Shown here: one piece after another, positions 42,451 through 54,838 of the stretch | How the letters are laid out: the number at the start of each line of letters is the position of its first letter | Position numbering within the stretch: the stretch's first letter is position 1 | Assembly: GCF_009914755.1 (NCBI RefSeq) | Contig: NC_060925.1 | From: the human T2T-CHM13v2.0 reference genome, Homo sapiens | Reading direction: 5' to 3' (one strand) | DNA: 64,000 nucleotides | Made by a program: the position numbers and the translations under genes | The notes under the pieces: model-generated | What the model was told of the DNA's origin: nothing | Seen by the model: only the letters and a program-made list of their open reading frames with translations | Databases searched by the model: none

Positions 42451-42860
42451 TAACTCATTTAATCCTCATGACAATCCTATGAGGTCAGTACTGCTTTGCT
42501 CATAGTCACAAATTTAAAAAGTGGGAGGTAGGAAGCATCAAGGGCTAACCAGAATGCACGAGGTTACACAGCCAGGAAGTGGTGAAGCCAGGCTTTGAAC
42601 CTGCACTAGCTGGCTCAAGGACCTCTGGTCTCAACACTATACTCTGCCATCCCTCACTGCTGAACATACAGTCACCTGTTAACTGAGCACCTGCTATGTG
42701 CCAGGGCTAGTGCTTCACAAACACGACCTGGACAGCAGCTATCTTTTCTCAATCAGATGCAGGTTGGTTATTTCCCTAACCTGCAGATAAGGAAAACTGG
42801 GCTCAGCTAGTAGGAGGTGAAATAAGCATTTGCTGGTCTGGCTGACTCTGATGCCTGTGC
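42450..42860 (-). mobile_element. Two MIR copies
   Basis: ACTCATTTAATCCTCATGACAATCCTATGAGG...GCCAGGCTTTGAACC; CTGAGCACCTGCTATGTGCCAGG...CAGATAAGGAAAACTGGGCTCAG. Confidence 0.7.
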
Positions 42861-44069
42861 CTGTAACTGATAGCTTTCAGGATGGAATCCCAGGTCCCAC
42901 TAGATTAGACACTTGCTTAGTCAGGGACCAGACCAATCACCCTAATTTAGAGTCCCCAAATTCCAGTGGCTGACAAAGAGCCCAGGTATCAGAAGCAGCT
43001 CTCAGGTCCCTTCAAGGTCTGGCTTGCCTCCTCTCTAATCTCATCTTCAACCCCACCTCCCATCCCCACTCTGCCCACTCTTGGGGATCCAAAGCCAGGC
43101 CTGGCAAATTTGAAGCCTGAGTTCTTTTCCCCAAAACCACCAGAAACACAGCAGAGAGAGGCAGTGAGCCCAGACAAGCCCCTGGATGGCAGAAATAATC
43201 CCATGCACCTCACACCCTCTACTCACCAAATCCCTTCCCATCGGCAGGTCTGTGGGCCAGGCTGGGGAGCCAGCAGGGCAGGGGTGATGAAGTCAAACTC
43301 TGCTGTGCTCCTAATGCCTCCTTTCTTAGTGATCTCACCCCTCCCTCCTCACAGGTTCAACCTGCCCTAGAACCAGGGACCAGCCTTCTTCCAAGATGAC
43401 CCTGCAGCTGTTTCATCTTTGTCTTCAGAACATCATCTCCTTTCATGCCCATTCACTGTGCTGCTCATCCCTACACTACTTCATTCATTCATTCGTTACA
43501 AGGGAACCTCCTTCTCCTAGTGTCTTAATTTGAGGTTCAGTTTTTCTTGGTGAAAATGTTGATAATGTATACTTGCAGGGCTGTAATGAGAATAAAAGAG
43601 ATTCGAAGGACTAAAAGCACTTTGGGAACTGCAAAGCACTGTGCACATGTGTGTGCCACTCCGGAGCTTCCCCTGCAAGGCCACTGGCACCTGCACGCCC
43701 ACAACGGCACTTAGTTCACTCCAGGTGTATCAACCCAAAGCTCTCCTTCTCTCAATATGAGCTCCATGAGGGCCTCACATCCCACTCAAACCACTTCTCT
43801 TGCCCCTTGCTTTTGCGTGGCACACACTGGTTTCACAGTTCTTGAGGGAGACCTCATTATTCCCATGCTATGAAGAAACGGAGGCCTGCACCAGGGCAGT
43901 GCATCCCCAAGGTCACTCAGCCAGGGAGGAGTGGGGCTTCACCTATGGCTCAAGCTCCATCAACTCTAGCCCGGCCCTTCCTTGGTCCTGGTCTGGCCCC
44001 AAGGTCCATTCCCAACCTTGACACTGAGCGAGCTTCAAAACACCTTCTCATCTCTCTTTCAGACTCACA

Positions 44070-44392
44070 GGCTCTCACAGTTCATTTGTACTGCTACAAC
44101 AAAACACCTAACACTGGGTAATTTATAAGGAACAGAATTTATTTTCACAGCGTTTTGAAGGCTAAGAAGTCCAAGACCAAAGCATCAGCATCTGGTGAGG
44201 GCCTTCTTGCAGCGGAAAGCAAAAAGGGCAAGCTAGCTGAAAGGTGCATTAAGCCTCTTCTAAAAGGGCCTTAATCCCATGAATGAGTGCGTAGACCTCA
44301 TGGCCTAATCACCTGTTAAAGGCCCCATCTCTTAATACTATTATATTGGCAACACCTGAATTTTGGAGAGGCCCCATTCAAACCATTGTACA
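44070..44392 (-). mobile_element. MST/MLT1A-type MaLR solo LTR
   Basis: ACTGGGTAATTTATAAGGAACAGAATTTATTT...GAAGTCCAAGA...CCTCATGGCCTAATCACC...CATTCAAACCAT. Confidence 0.85.
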
Positions 44393-44607
44393 TGGCTTCA
44401 ATAGTTCTCTACTGCCCTTGGGTAGCAATCCATTTCATTACCATTGCCCTCACAGCCCCACCTTATTTGGTCCCTCTGGCCTCTATGGCCTCATCTCGTT
44501 CCATTCTGCTCTCTGCCCTCAACAAACCTGCCTGCCCACCGCAGCATCTGCTCCATTGCACAGAGCAACAATAATCCACTCCTCCAATTAAACTCTTTTC
44601 AATTACA

Positions 44608-44705
44608 CCTGGGTTTCTCAACCTCAGAACTGATATTTTAACAGCAGTAGACACTTCCTTGTTGTGGGATTCATCCTGTGCATTATATGATGCTTAGCAG
44701 CATCA
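44608..44705. mobile_element. MER20 fragment
   Basis: GGGTTTCTCAACCTCAG...CCTGTGCATTATATGATGCTTAGCAGCATC. Confidence 0.65.
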
Positions 44706-44733
44706 AGAGTCACTACATACACATACACACATA

Positions 44734-45359
<626 letters not shown>

Positions 45360-47339
45360 TATGGTGAGGGTTGGGGGCTGAAAGATAGGATCAGGTCTGG
45401 GTTCCTTCTGTACCCCTCACTTTTAAGAGGAACACTACATTTTATTTTACAAGGTGCTTTCATACCCATTGTCCCCTTTGGCGCTCCTAACCCCCACATG
45501 AGTCACCAAACATTATAGATGAGGAAACTGAGGCACAGATGAGGCCTGGGCATTCTCCCAGACAATCTTCAGGTAAGCTGGGCCCTCCTAGCTCAGCGCT
45601 CCTGCAGACCTCTATCTGGGCCTCCACTCATGTGGTCCCCAACAGTCCCTGAACATGTCCTCTGTGCCTGGCCCTGGGCTCATCCTCCCCCCACCTAGAG
45701 GAGTTTCCAGGTGAGAGACCTGGACACGGAGATGTGCACTCAAGTGCCATGGGGGCTACAGTGGGGCACCCACAGGAAGGGGGTGGAGTGTGAGCAGAGC
45801 TCCATGTTGCCCACCCTGTGGGCCCATGAGCCCCCTATGTATATCACTACCAACACAGGGCCTGGATCCCAGCGTGTGGTCAGCGAGGGAGAAATGAAAG
45901 AAAGGGAGAAGGGAAGGGGAGGGGTAAGAGGGGGCAGAGAGAAGGGGAGATCTGTCAACCAGGTAAGGCTAGTGAAGACCAGATCTCCTGCATGTACCAA
46001 AGCTGGGTCAGACACTTCCTAGTCATTCATCACAAACACCCACTGAATATCCACTCTATGCCAGGCTAGGGACTGGAGGTCCTTCGGAGAACAAGCCAGA
46101 CACATCCCAGCCCCTGTGGACCTTATAGGCTGCAGGATGTCTGGGCTCCATAGCCCCAGTGCTGCCTTTGATCCCAGCCCCTCCCATCACGTGCTAACTG
46201 CCTGCTATGTGCCTATCCCACATAGACTGGGACTCCCTGAAAGCAGAGGACAGGTCCAACCCTTTGCTGTGTCCCCGGCACCCAGCACAAGCCTGGCCCT
46301 GAATGGCCCATCTGTTGGCTGAACTGAAGAAATCATGCATCCAAGGATTCAGGCAGCAGAGGGTGGGGGAACTGCTTTAGAGAGGACTTCCTGACCAGGA
46401 CAGCAGCTTGCAGCCCAGCCAAGGCCCAGCCAGCTTGTTTTGTCAGACAAGCAGTAGATACTTAAAGTGGGACAGACTCCGTGACAACACATGGAGATTA
46501 CTGGTCTGGCTTTTTATCTGCTTTTATCAAATGATCCAAAGCATAAAACAAGAGTGGCTCAGCAGCCACAACCCAGGCCAGGATCCTATTTCTGGACTGG
46601 ACCACTCTCTGGATTCAATATTAAACTAGCTCTGGCCAAGAATGGCTCAGCCAACAGGAATCTGAATGCTCCCCCAGCCCGAACCCACATCTCCATCAAG
46701 AGGAGGCAGCGTCCCAGAGTCACGAAGCACCTGGCCAAACAGAGACAGAACAATTCTGGCTGTGTGAGATTTTTAAAACCTTTTGGACTATAAATCTCCA
46801 AAAAGTGAGACTCCTCCCGACAGACCCCAATCTGATGCCCCGCTTTTCTAAGCCCTCTAACTTCTTAGCATGTCATCTTAGATGTCTACATTGTCTTACC
46901 AAGAAGACTGTTATTGATTCAAAGACAAGGATGGGTCTCATTCATTGCTTCCTGCTCCAGATCCCAGTACACAGGAGGTGCTTAATACAAATTTATAGTT
47001 TTCACAACTTAGCAGTTCTCTAAGAGGAAGACACCTTCCATCCAACCCCTAACACACCAGCCACATGAAATTCCAAAGGGATAAATGTTAAGTCCTGTGA
47101 TAGGATTCAAATTGCTTCATGCTGGGTCTCCCTGAGTTCCCACAGCAAAGCTCCAGTGTCTATGTAAACTCCCAGTGGAGAACTAACCAGACTCTAGTCT
47201 AACATTTGTTCCCAAGTCAGCCTCCCTGACTGTGCCCTGCCTAAGGTGCCTTGTTCATCTCTGCTCTGCAGCACCCAGCACCTCACCTGACCCATGGGAG
47301 GAGCTTACTGGTTCTTTGTTAAATGAAGATGTTTATCAC

Positions 47340-47680
47340 GTTACTATTTGCCATAGCGAATGAAAAGCAGGCAACAATCTAAACGTCCAGCACCAGAGGA
47401 AAGACTGTGTAATTATATCAGGGTGTGTGCAGGTAAAGAAATACTGTATGACCACTATTTTGAGAGGATGTGGCACACGAAGAAAAATTTTAAAGTAGAG
47501 TATGAAAGTATCATCCATGCCATGATTCAAACTATTTTTAAACCATGCATGTGGACAGAGGTCAGAAAGGAGCAGTGAGCAGAAGAAACTGGTGATGTTT
47601 TTGTGGGGGTAAATTTGTGTAACAATGCATCTCATTTTCAGTTACTGCTATAATGCTGTCAGTGAAGAAATTTTTAAAAT
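47340..47680 (+). mobile_element. L1ME-type 3' fragment
   Basis: CTATTTGCCATAGCGAA...AACAATCTAAACGTCCAGCA...GAAATACTGTATGACCACT. Confidence 0.55.
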
Positions 47681-47699
47681 AATTTACAGAAGAACAGGA

Positions 47700-48155
47700 A
47701 AGTGAAAACCTGTCTTAGTAGCAGGGGATATTTTTAAAGGATAGAGGATTTGAAGGATGGAGATGTTTAACATACGGAGTCAACAAATTGATGAGATCTC
47801 AAGCTCCATTTACCAGAAGAAAAATGTTCAGGTGAAAATACTCTCCTCCTGGGCCCAGAAAGGCCATGTCCACCAGGCTCGGCTCCTGGCACCACATTCT
47901 AAAAGGAGCTTGGGTACCTGTATTTGGAGAAGAGTGCCCAAGGCAGATGGCTGGGGTGTTGGCTCCTGGAAACGAGAGGCCCATGGCCCCCAGTGCCTGA
48001 GGCCTCACAGAGTAGAACCAGGATCAATGGGAGAAGTTATAAGGGCACAGATTTCACTAAATATAAGAACGGTCTTTGAAAGTAGTAAGCTCCCCATCAC
48101 TAGAGGTATTCAGGGACAGACTGGAAGCCCTCCATTAGGAATATTTTAGGGAGAG
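47700..48155 (+). mobile_element. L3/CR1 fragment
   Basis: GTAGAACCAGGATCAATGGGAGAAGTTATAAGGGCACAGATTTC...GTAGTAAGCTCCCCATCACTAGAGGTATTCAGG. Confidence 0.7.
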
Positions 48156-48184
48156 GCACATGAATTTCATGAATGGTATGGAAA

Positions 48185-48375
48185 ATGGAACATTTATTTA
48201 TTAAGTACCTATATACATTAGAATGCACTTTATATGTTATTTCATTAAATCTTCATAGATTTTTACAGATGAGGAAATTCAGGCTTAGGAAGGTGAAATG
48301 GTTTGCTTAAGTTCACAAAGCTGGTTAAGGCCAAGCAGGGATTCAAACCCAGATCTACCCAACTCCAAAGCTCCT
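48185..48375 (-). mobile_element. MIR
   Basis: TTTTACAGATGAGGAAATTCAGGCTTAG...GGGATTCAAACCCAGATCT. Confidence 0.8.
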
Positions 48376-48704
48376 TCCCCTCCTTCTCAACTTTTAAAAT
48401 ATTATATTTATTAACAAGAATTGACTGGAATCTTCATTCCCACTTCCTCCTACTGTAGGATGAGGAAATTCTCAGCTTTTCCCTCTGTGAGCTATAGCCT
48501 GGGATACACAGCAGGCCCTGGCCAAGCTGGTTGTGGCCAACTGCAGGGTAGGAGGGCCAAGGCCAACTGAGTCAAGGCCTGCCTCCAAGCAGCCCTGAAC
48601 CCATCCCACCCAGCCATTCTTCCGATCCAGGTGCCAAAATGGACCAGAAGCCCAGGGTATATCCTAAGCCTTCCAGGGCTCCTGATGGGGCCTGAGAGTA
48701 GAGT

Positions 48705-49075
48705 TAGGAAGCAGTGCAGGGCAGTGGGCAGAACATTAGATGAGGAATCCAGAGGTCTGGCCTCCATCACCTTGGGCAAGTCAGTCCACCTCCACAAGCC
48801 CCGCCTTCCTTTGTACGAAATGGAACCATTCTACCCACCTGACTCAACTCAGAGCTGTATGGAGTTCCTCCGGGAATACTTTCTTACCTTCCTATCTGTT
48901 AACTCCTACACATCCTTCAAGGCCCAGCCCCAAGATCACCTACTCTGTGAAGCCATCCCTGATCACCTCCTACCCCTGGGCCTAGAGTGACTTATTGTGT
49001 GCTTCTCTAGTACTCAGAACATCCCCTATCATTGGACTATTTATTCGGCTGTGAGTCTTGGAGCAGTCTCTAACC
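48705..49075 (+). mobile_element. MIR followed by an L2 fragment
   Basis: ACCTTGGGCAAGTCA...; AACTCCTACACATCCTTCAAGGCCCAGC...CTCTGTGAAGCCATCCCTGA. Confidence 0.65.
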
Positions 49076-50259
49076 GCACAGAGCAGTGAGCTGGATTGAC
49101 AACAGGGCTTCTCTGCCAACCCAAACCCAGTTGGCTTTTGAGGCCTTGCATTTGCAGGTCTCTGTGAAGTCTGCCTGCAGCCTCTGATGCTTTGTTTGAC
49201 AATGTGCCCTGCAAGACTTTCCACCTGCTCCTCTATCTCCCCTTCCCGACACAAACCTCGAGTTTTCTCTCTTTCTATGCCCCACAGCACCCAGCTCAGG
49301 GCTGGGTATAAAAGCGGGCCGTGATCTCCCAAATGTAGCTGCCCACAGTGGCAAGAGCGCCCTGGAGCTGCTGTGGCCCTACCCTACTCTCTGCTGGGAC
49401 TGGCTGCAGGGCTCAGGCAGCGTGGGCCCTCCCCTAGGCCCAACATAGCCAGACTGTCCCCAGGTCTCTGCCCAGCCAGGTCGCTCCAGTGTCGGGTACA
49501 TTACTCCCTGAGCTGGCAAGCACTCCGTGTTCCCCACAATCTCATGCCTATAAAGGCCTAAGTGGCGCCAGTGGAGGTGGAAGCCTTGTTCCAATCTGGG
49601 TCCCCACAAGCCCCCCTTCATTTCCCGAGCCCACACTCAGTTTAGGCTCATAAGTGTTATGTCTTTAACCTCTTGTCCACACCATGCCCACAGAATTTTT
49701 GTTGTTGTTGCTAGTGGAACGCCGCAGTGATTTAGAGATAGCAGTGATAAAATGACTCTGAAAGGGCCTAGATTACCACTGGGGCGACTTGGCCAGGGAA
49801 ACTCAGCCCCAGATACACAGGAAAAACAAAATATACCCATGCCTCCAGTTACACTGTGCTGAGGGAATGAACCAAAAGGGCTTTACAGAAAGGCAGCACA
49901 GTGTAGGGGAACCGTGGTTTCAAGCCCTGACTACGCTCAGCAGCTGTGAGGTCCTGGGCAAGTCACCTCCTTCGGAAAGAGTCCTTTGACACCTACTTCC
50001 CCAGTGGCCCCTACCTATGTACACCTACTACTCCCCGAGCTTCTCATGCATCTCCCACTACACTGGATTTCCTCCAAACCAGGGTTACATCTGTTCTTCT
50101 CAGTCACCCAGCTCAGGGCCTGAGACAGAACAGCACTGGTAAGCATTTGTTGGATGAACAGATGGATAGAAAAACAAAAGAACGAAGTTCAATTCTCTGG
50201 GCCTATTTTTCTCTAGAACAAGAATTAAGCCACTCTCCATTATACATTCCCTAATGCTA

Positions 50260-50736
<477 letters not shown>

Positions 50737-50737
50737 T

Positions 50738-50918
50738 CAGTGCTACCCAACGTGTGGTCCACAGTCCAGTGGCATCAGCATCGCCAAGAAACCTGCTAGA
50801 AATCCAAATTCTCACCCCAACCTATTGAAACAGAATCTCTGTGGACAGGGCTCAGGAATCTGGATATTAACAAGCCTGTCAGGTGATTTTTAGGTACAGG
50901 AAAGTGTAAGAAACACTG
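50738..50918. mobile_element. MER5A
   Basis: CAGTG...CACTG termini; internal GGCATCAGCATC...CTAGAAATCCAAATTCTC...CAGAATCTCTG...CAGGAATCTG. Confidence 0.85.
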
Positions 50919-51289
50919 TTTTTAAAATCACAGGTCTAAATTACTTAAGTTCTCTGTGCCCTGGTTTCCACATGTGTAAAATGGGGACGGGAATACATGT
51001 AAATGTGCTCAGAGGAGTTGCAGGCATGTGAGCTCTTGTTGCTGTTGTTGCTGAACACCTAGCCAGGATGTTCAGCATGGTGCGAGACACTAGGAGAGGC
51101 AGAGAAGAGCAGACACAGCCCAGTTCTGATGTCCAGAGCTTAGGCTTAGGGTAAAGGCATGTTAACCTGAGGAACATGTAATGAAGTACTTGATGATGTG
51201 GCTGTGGTCCAAGGCTGATCCAGAGGCCCCTGGGATTGAGCTGAAGTCATTCACATAAGGGATGCTAGGCTCACCACCCCACCAAAGCT

Positions 51290-52290
51290 GGCAGGAAATT
51301 TCTCTTTTACAGAAAAGGAAACTGAGGCTGAGAGAGGCAAGACTGGCCTGAGGTCATTCAGGCAGTGCGGGATGAGCCAAGCCTGGCATGCAGGCTGCTA
51401 AGAGAGATTACAAGCAGATTTCAAATAGAAGTGCCCTGCAGGAGCTGTCACTCACTCGCCATAGCCCAGGAGCGGCAGGGACAGTCTGCCTGCACACACT
51501 CGGTGAATTCAGCTCTCCTCACTCACTTCCAGCCAGGAGACTCATGGGCTGAAGGAGTCACAGCATCTCACCTGGAGACAGCTGGTTGTCTGCAGCCACC
51601 AGCTTTGCTTGACTGGGGTTACGGGTGAGGGTCCTGATAACTCCAGCATCCTGAAATTCCCCAAAATAGCCTCTTTCCCAAACCCTGTTAAATTAATATT
51701 CATTCACTTACTCTCCAAGGGTCTTCTGTGTGCAGGCTCTGAGTCCTTGCTTTAATCCTAGCAAGGACAAGAAAATCACTCACCTGGGATTATTATTCCA
51801 TCTTTAGAGATGTGGCTCAGAGAGGGTATATGGCCTGAGGTCACACAGCTCAAGCAGGGTCTGATGGTGAAGCCTGTGCTCTGCTCGTGCCCTTGCTGCT
51901 TCCCTGAATCAGAAGCTTGGGTGGTGCCTGGCTCAGACCCAAATTAGGGCCCAACTTTGGGCAAGTCATGGCCCCACTCTGAGTGAGCCCAGATCTCCCA
52001 AGGCAAGAAAAATATCATCTCTCTCCCACACCTGTCTGGGGAAATGTAAGAAAATGAAGCAAGGAGCTGTGCAAACACACAGGTGTCACTGACCACCTCT
52101 CACAGCTGGCCTCAAGCACAGATAGACACTGCCAGGGGACTTCTCCTCATGGCTCTGAAGGCAAGAGGACGGTTTTCCTCATTTTGGCAGAGGCTTATAG
52201 AGATGCAGCTCTCACACAGAGGCACAGAGCAGCAAAGTCCGGACTCGAACACAGGTCTTCTGGCTCCTGGCCCTGGGCTCCTTCCAATTG
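51290..52290 (-). mobile_element. Cluster of three MIR fragments (about 51290-51400, 51690-51890 and 52150-52290)
   Basis: TTTACAGAAAAGGAAACTGAGGCTGAGAGAGG; GGCTCAGAGAGGG...GAGGTCACACAGCT; GGACTCGAACACAGGTCTTCTGGCTCC. Confidence 0.6.
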
Positions 52291-54379
52291 GAGCGCTCAT
52301 TGTCCTGCCACTTCTTCACCAAAACCTCCCCCAACCCCCACCCCACAGAACAGCGGCTCCTACCCCACCCCATCCCACCTCCTCTCCCTACCTGGCCCAG
52401 AGAGAGAAGCCTGGAGCCAGCAGCCATCAGGACCTTGTCCAAAAATCCCCAGGCAAAAGCAGGAGGGGGAAAAAAGGCACAGTTAAGATGTGAAATGTCT
52501 TGAACAGAACCCTCTTTTATTTTGAAGAAGAAATCGTAGACTTGGTTCACAATTCAGGGAAAAAAAAATTAATCCTTGGATTCACTTTGGGATTCAGCAA
52601 ATTAACACCGTTTGCTCTGGTTTGGGGTTTGAGGTTTTGGTCAAATCTGTGGGATGCAACAATTGGGGATACCCCACCCCACAGGCCCCAAGGGTGTCAG
52701 CCTCAGTGGCTCCACTTAAGGGGTGGGGACAAGGAAAGACTCATCAGGGAAGACCAGGCAGGAATCGTGGTTCCCCTCAAAGCTCTGAGCGCAATCGGCC
52801 CAGGCCTGGACTGAGAAGCATCCACCCTTCCCCAACTCAGTCTCCTCCTCAGTCTGGGCTAAGGGCTGGGCTACCCGCCTCCCCCACACCCTGGCACAGC
52901 AACCCAGGGAGGAACCTCCAAGCCTAGGAGATCCAACACACCCCCATAGGCCCTGCCCGGGTCTTCCTGAGGATCTTTCCACCTCCTCACTGTATGGGGT
53001 ACTCCCTGAGGGCTAGTCCCCAGAATCCAGCACAGTCTACAGGCATGGCCGATGTAGATATTTAGAAATCACCAGCACCCCGCACGCACCCCCAGCCCCA
53101 GCCCTGCCACAGACATGTTCCTTAAGGACAATCAGGCTGAAACAGGCAAGGCACAGGTCCTTCCCCAGCCCTCGGGCTGAGCCTTCCAGCTTTTCACGTG
53201 TGCGTCCTGAGGCCAGAAGCACCCTCCACCCTGACCTCCAAGAGTGCCCTCTAATGCTCTCCAGGGCCAAGCCAGGCTGTATCCCTCCCCATCAGCCTCA
53301 TTTCAGGGCTAGGAGTTCTAATACCCCCTTGAATTTATTATAATTTCTCTTTCATTCTTGCCTCATACTAGAATGAGAAGGCTTTGGACGCACTTGCCTT
53401 CAAATCCCACTTACCGGTCCTGCGGGCCCTCTGGCCTTGCTAAGGCTGATCTACAAAACCAGAATGTAACACAGGTCTCTGGGACTGCATGACGTGACAT
53501 ACACGGAGCCCCTAGCTGAGCAACGCAAACAGCAGGTACCGCACAAGCCCAAGCTCTCCTTCCCCTGTCCCGCTACCCTTGAGGATGACGCCGGCCTACA
53601 GCTCTGATGACAGACGCACATTAGGGGTATAATGAGCTTCCCGAGGAGCTAGTGTTTCCATCAACAGAGTGAGTGTGTAGATTAGTTATAATGGGAGTTA
53701 CGGTTGCTACATCCACTTTTCACCAACGAACAAAATTGGTGGAACCAGAAAGGCTCCTTCCATGAAGGACCAGCAGGGATGCCCACCTTCCAGGTGAGAA
53801 GATGTAGGCACAAAGCTGCCGAGTGGCTGGCCAAGGCGGTACAGGCAGTGGGGATGGCGCGGGGGCAGGAATTCGAGTCTGCCAGGTTCTGGGACCCAAT
53901 GGGGAGAAACACCCCGCAAATGACAGACTCGCCTCACCAACACCTAAGCATGTTCCCAAAAGCTCTGCTCCACGGCCTGGCCATTGAACGCCAGACAGAC
54001 AGCCAGAGGAAAAACAACCCAGTTTGGAAGGCAATAAAAATGTGTTTTTTCTTGCTAAACAAATTAGTTTACATCTGGCGATGTACAAATAAATTGAGGG
54101 GCCTCTGCAGGCCCAGACCAGACGTCTCCCAGGGCCTGGGCCCCAGTCCGATTGGACCCAGCCGCGGGCACCCGCGAGGAGCACCTTCACTTCACGCTTG
54201 CTGTCACGCCATCTCTGGGATCTGCCGTGCCTCCTCACCTCTCCCTGCTTCTCTGTCATCACCTCAAGAACTGCCCATCTGTAGGCGTTCCTCCAAGCCT
54301 TCTTCTCGCTTAAGGGAGGAGCACAGTCTCTGGTGTTTGCCTCCCATCTCACTGCTGCGAGGCCTCCAAAACGTACTTT

Positions 54380-54520
54380 CCCCTCTGAGCCTCAGTCTCC
54401 TCAAGTGTCAAATGGAAACACTGATGTCTCCTGCCAGAGCTGTGGCGAGAATAAGATACACCTGAGGTCCCCACCACCATGGCTGGCACTTAGAAAACAG
54501 CCCCCAAACGTGGGATTCCT
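54380..54520 (+). mobile_element. MIR
   Basis: CCTCTGAGCCTCAGTCTCCTCAAGTGTCAAATGG. Confidence 0.7.
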
Positions 54521-54800
54521 CCACAGTTCCCTGGCACCACCGGCTCCTTGGGAAACATACTGGTTGTGGATGGCCCGAGGTCTGTTGATCCTGGTCTTTC
54601 TTCCCCATGCTCCTGAGGCAGTGGGCACCCCCATCAGACCTGATGATGTCCCCAACAGATGTCCCCTGAGGTGCCTGCCACCCTTGCTGTAGAGCCACGC
54701 TGAGCTGCAGCTCGCCGCAGATGCCCAGAGGGCCCCCTTGCACGAAGAACCTCTCTGCGGATTTGAGCCATCAGTTCTCAGGTGGCCTGGGAGTGCAGGA

Positions 54801-54838
54801 GGGTGAGGGGGGGGGGTGGGGGGCAGGGGGGAGCGGGG
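54801..54838 (+). other. Potential G-quadruplex
   Basis: G3-TGA-G10-T-G6-CA-G6-AGC-G4. Confidence 0.7.

Noticed and set aside
46020-46330. Minus-then-plus L2 3' ends, the architecture behind miR-28/151/708 hairpins
   Set aside because: The arms pair poorly and are about 90 nt apart, so there is no credible pre-miRNA stem.
53704-54465. 253-aa ORF (similarly 30736-31557 and 62396-63127)
   Set aside because: No recognisable domain, they overlap MIR/L2 remnants, and such lengths arise by chance in GC-rich DNA.
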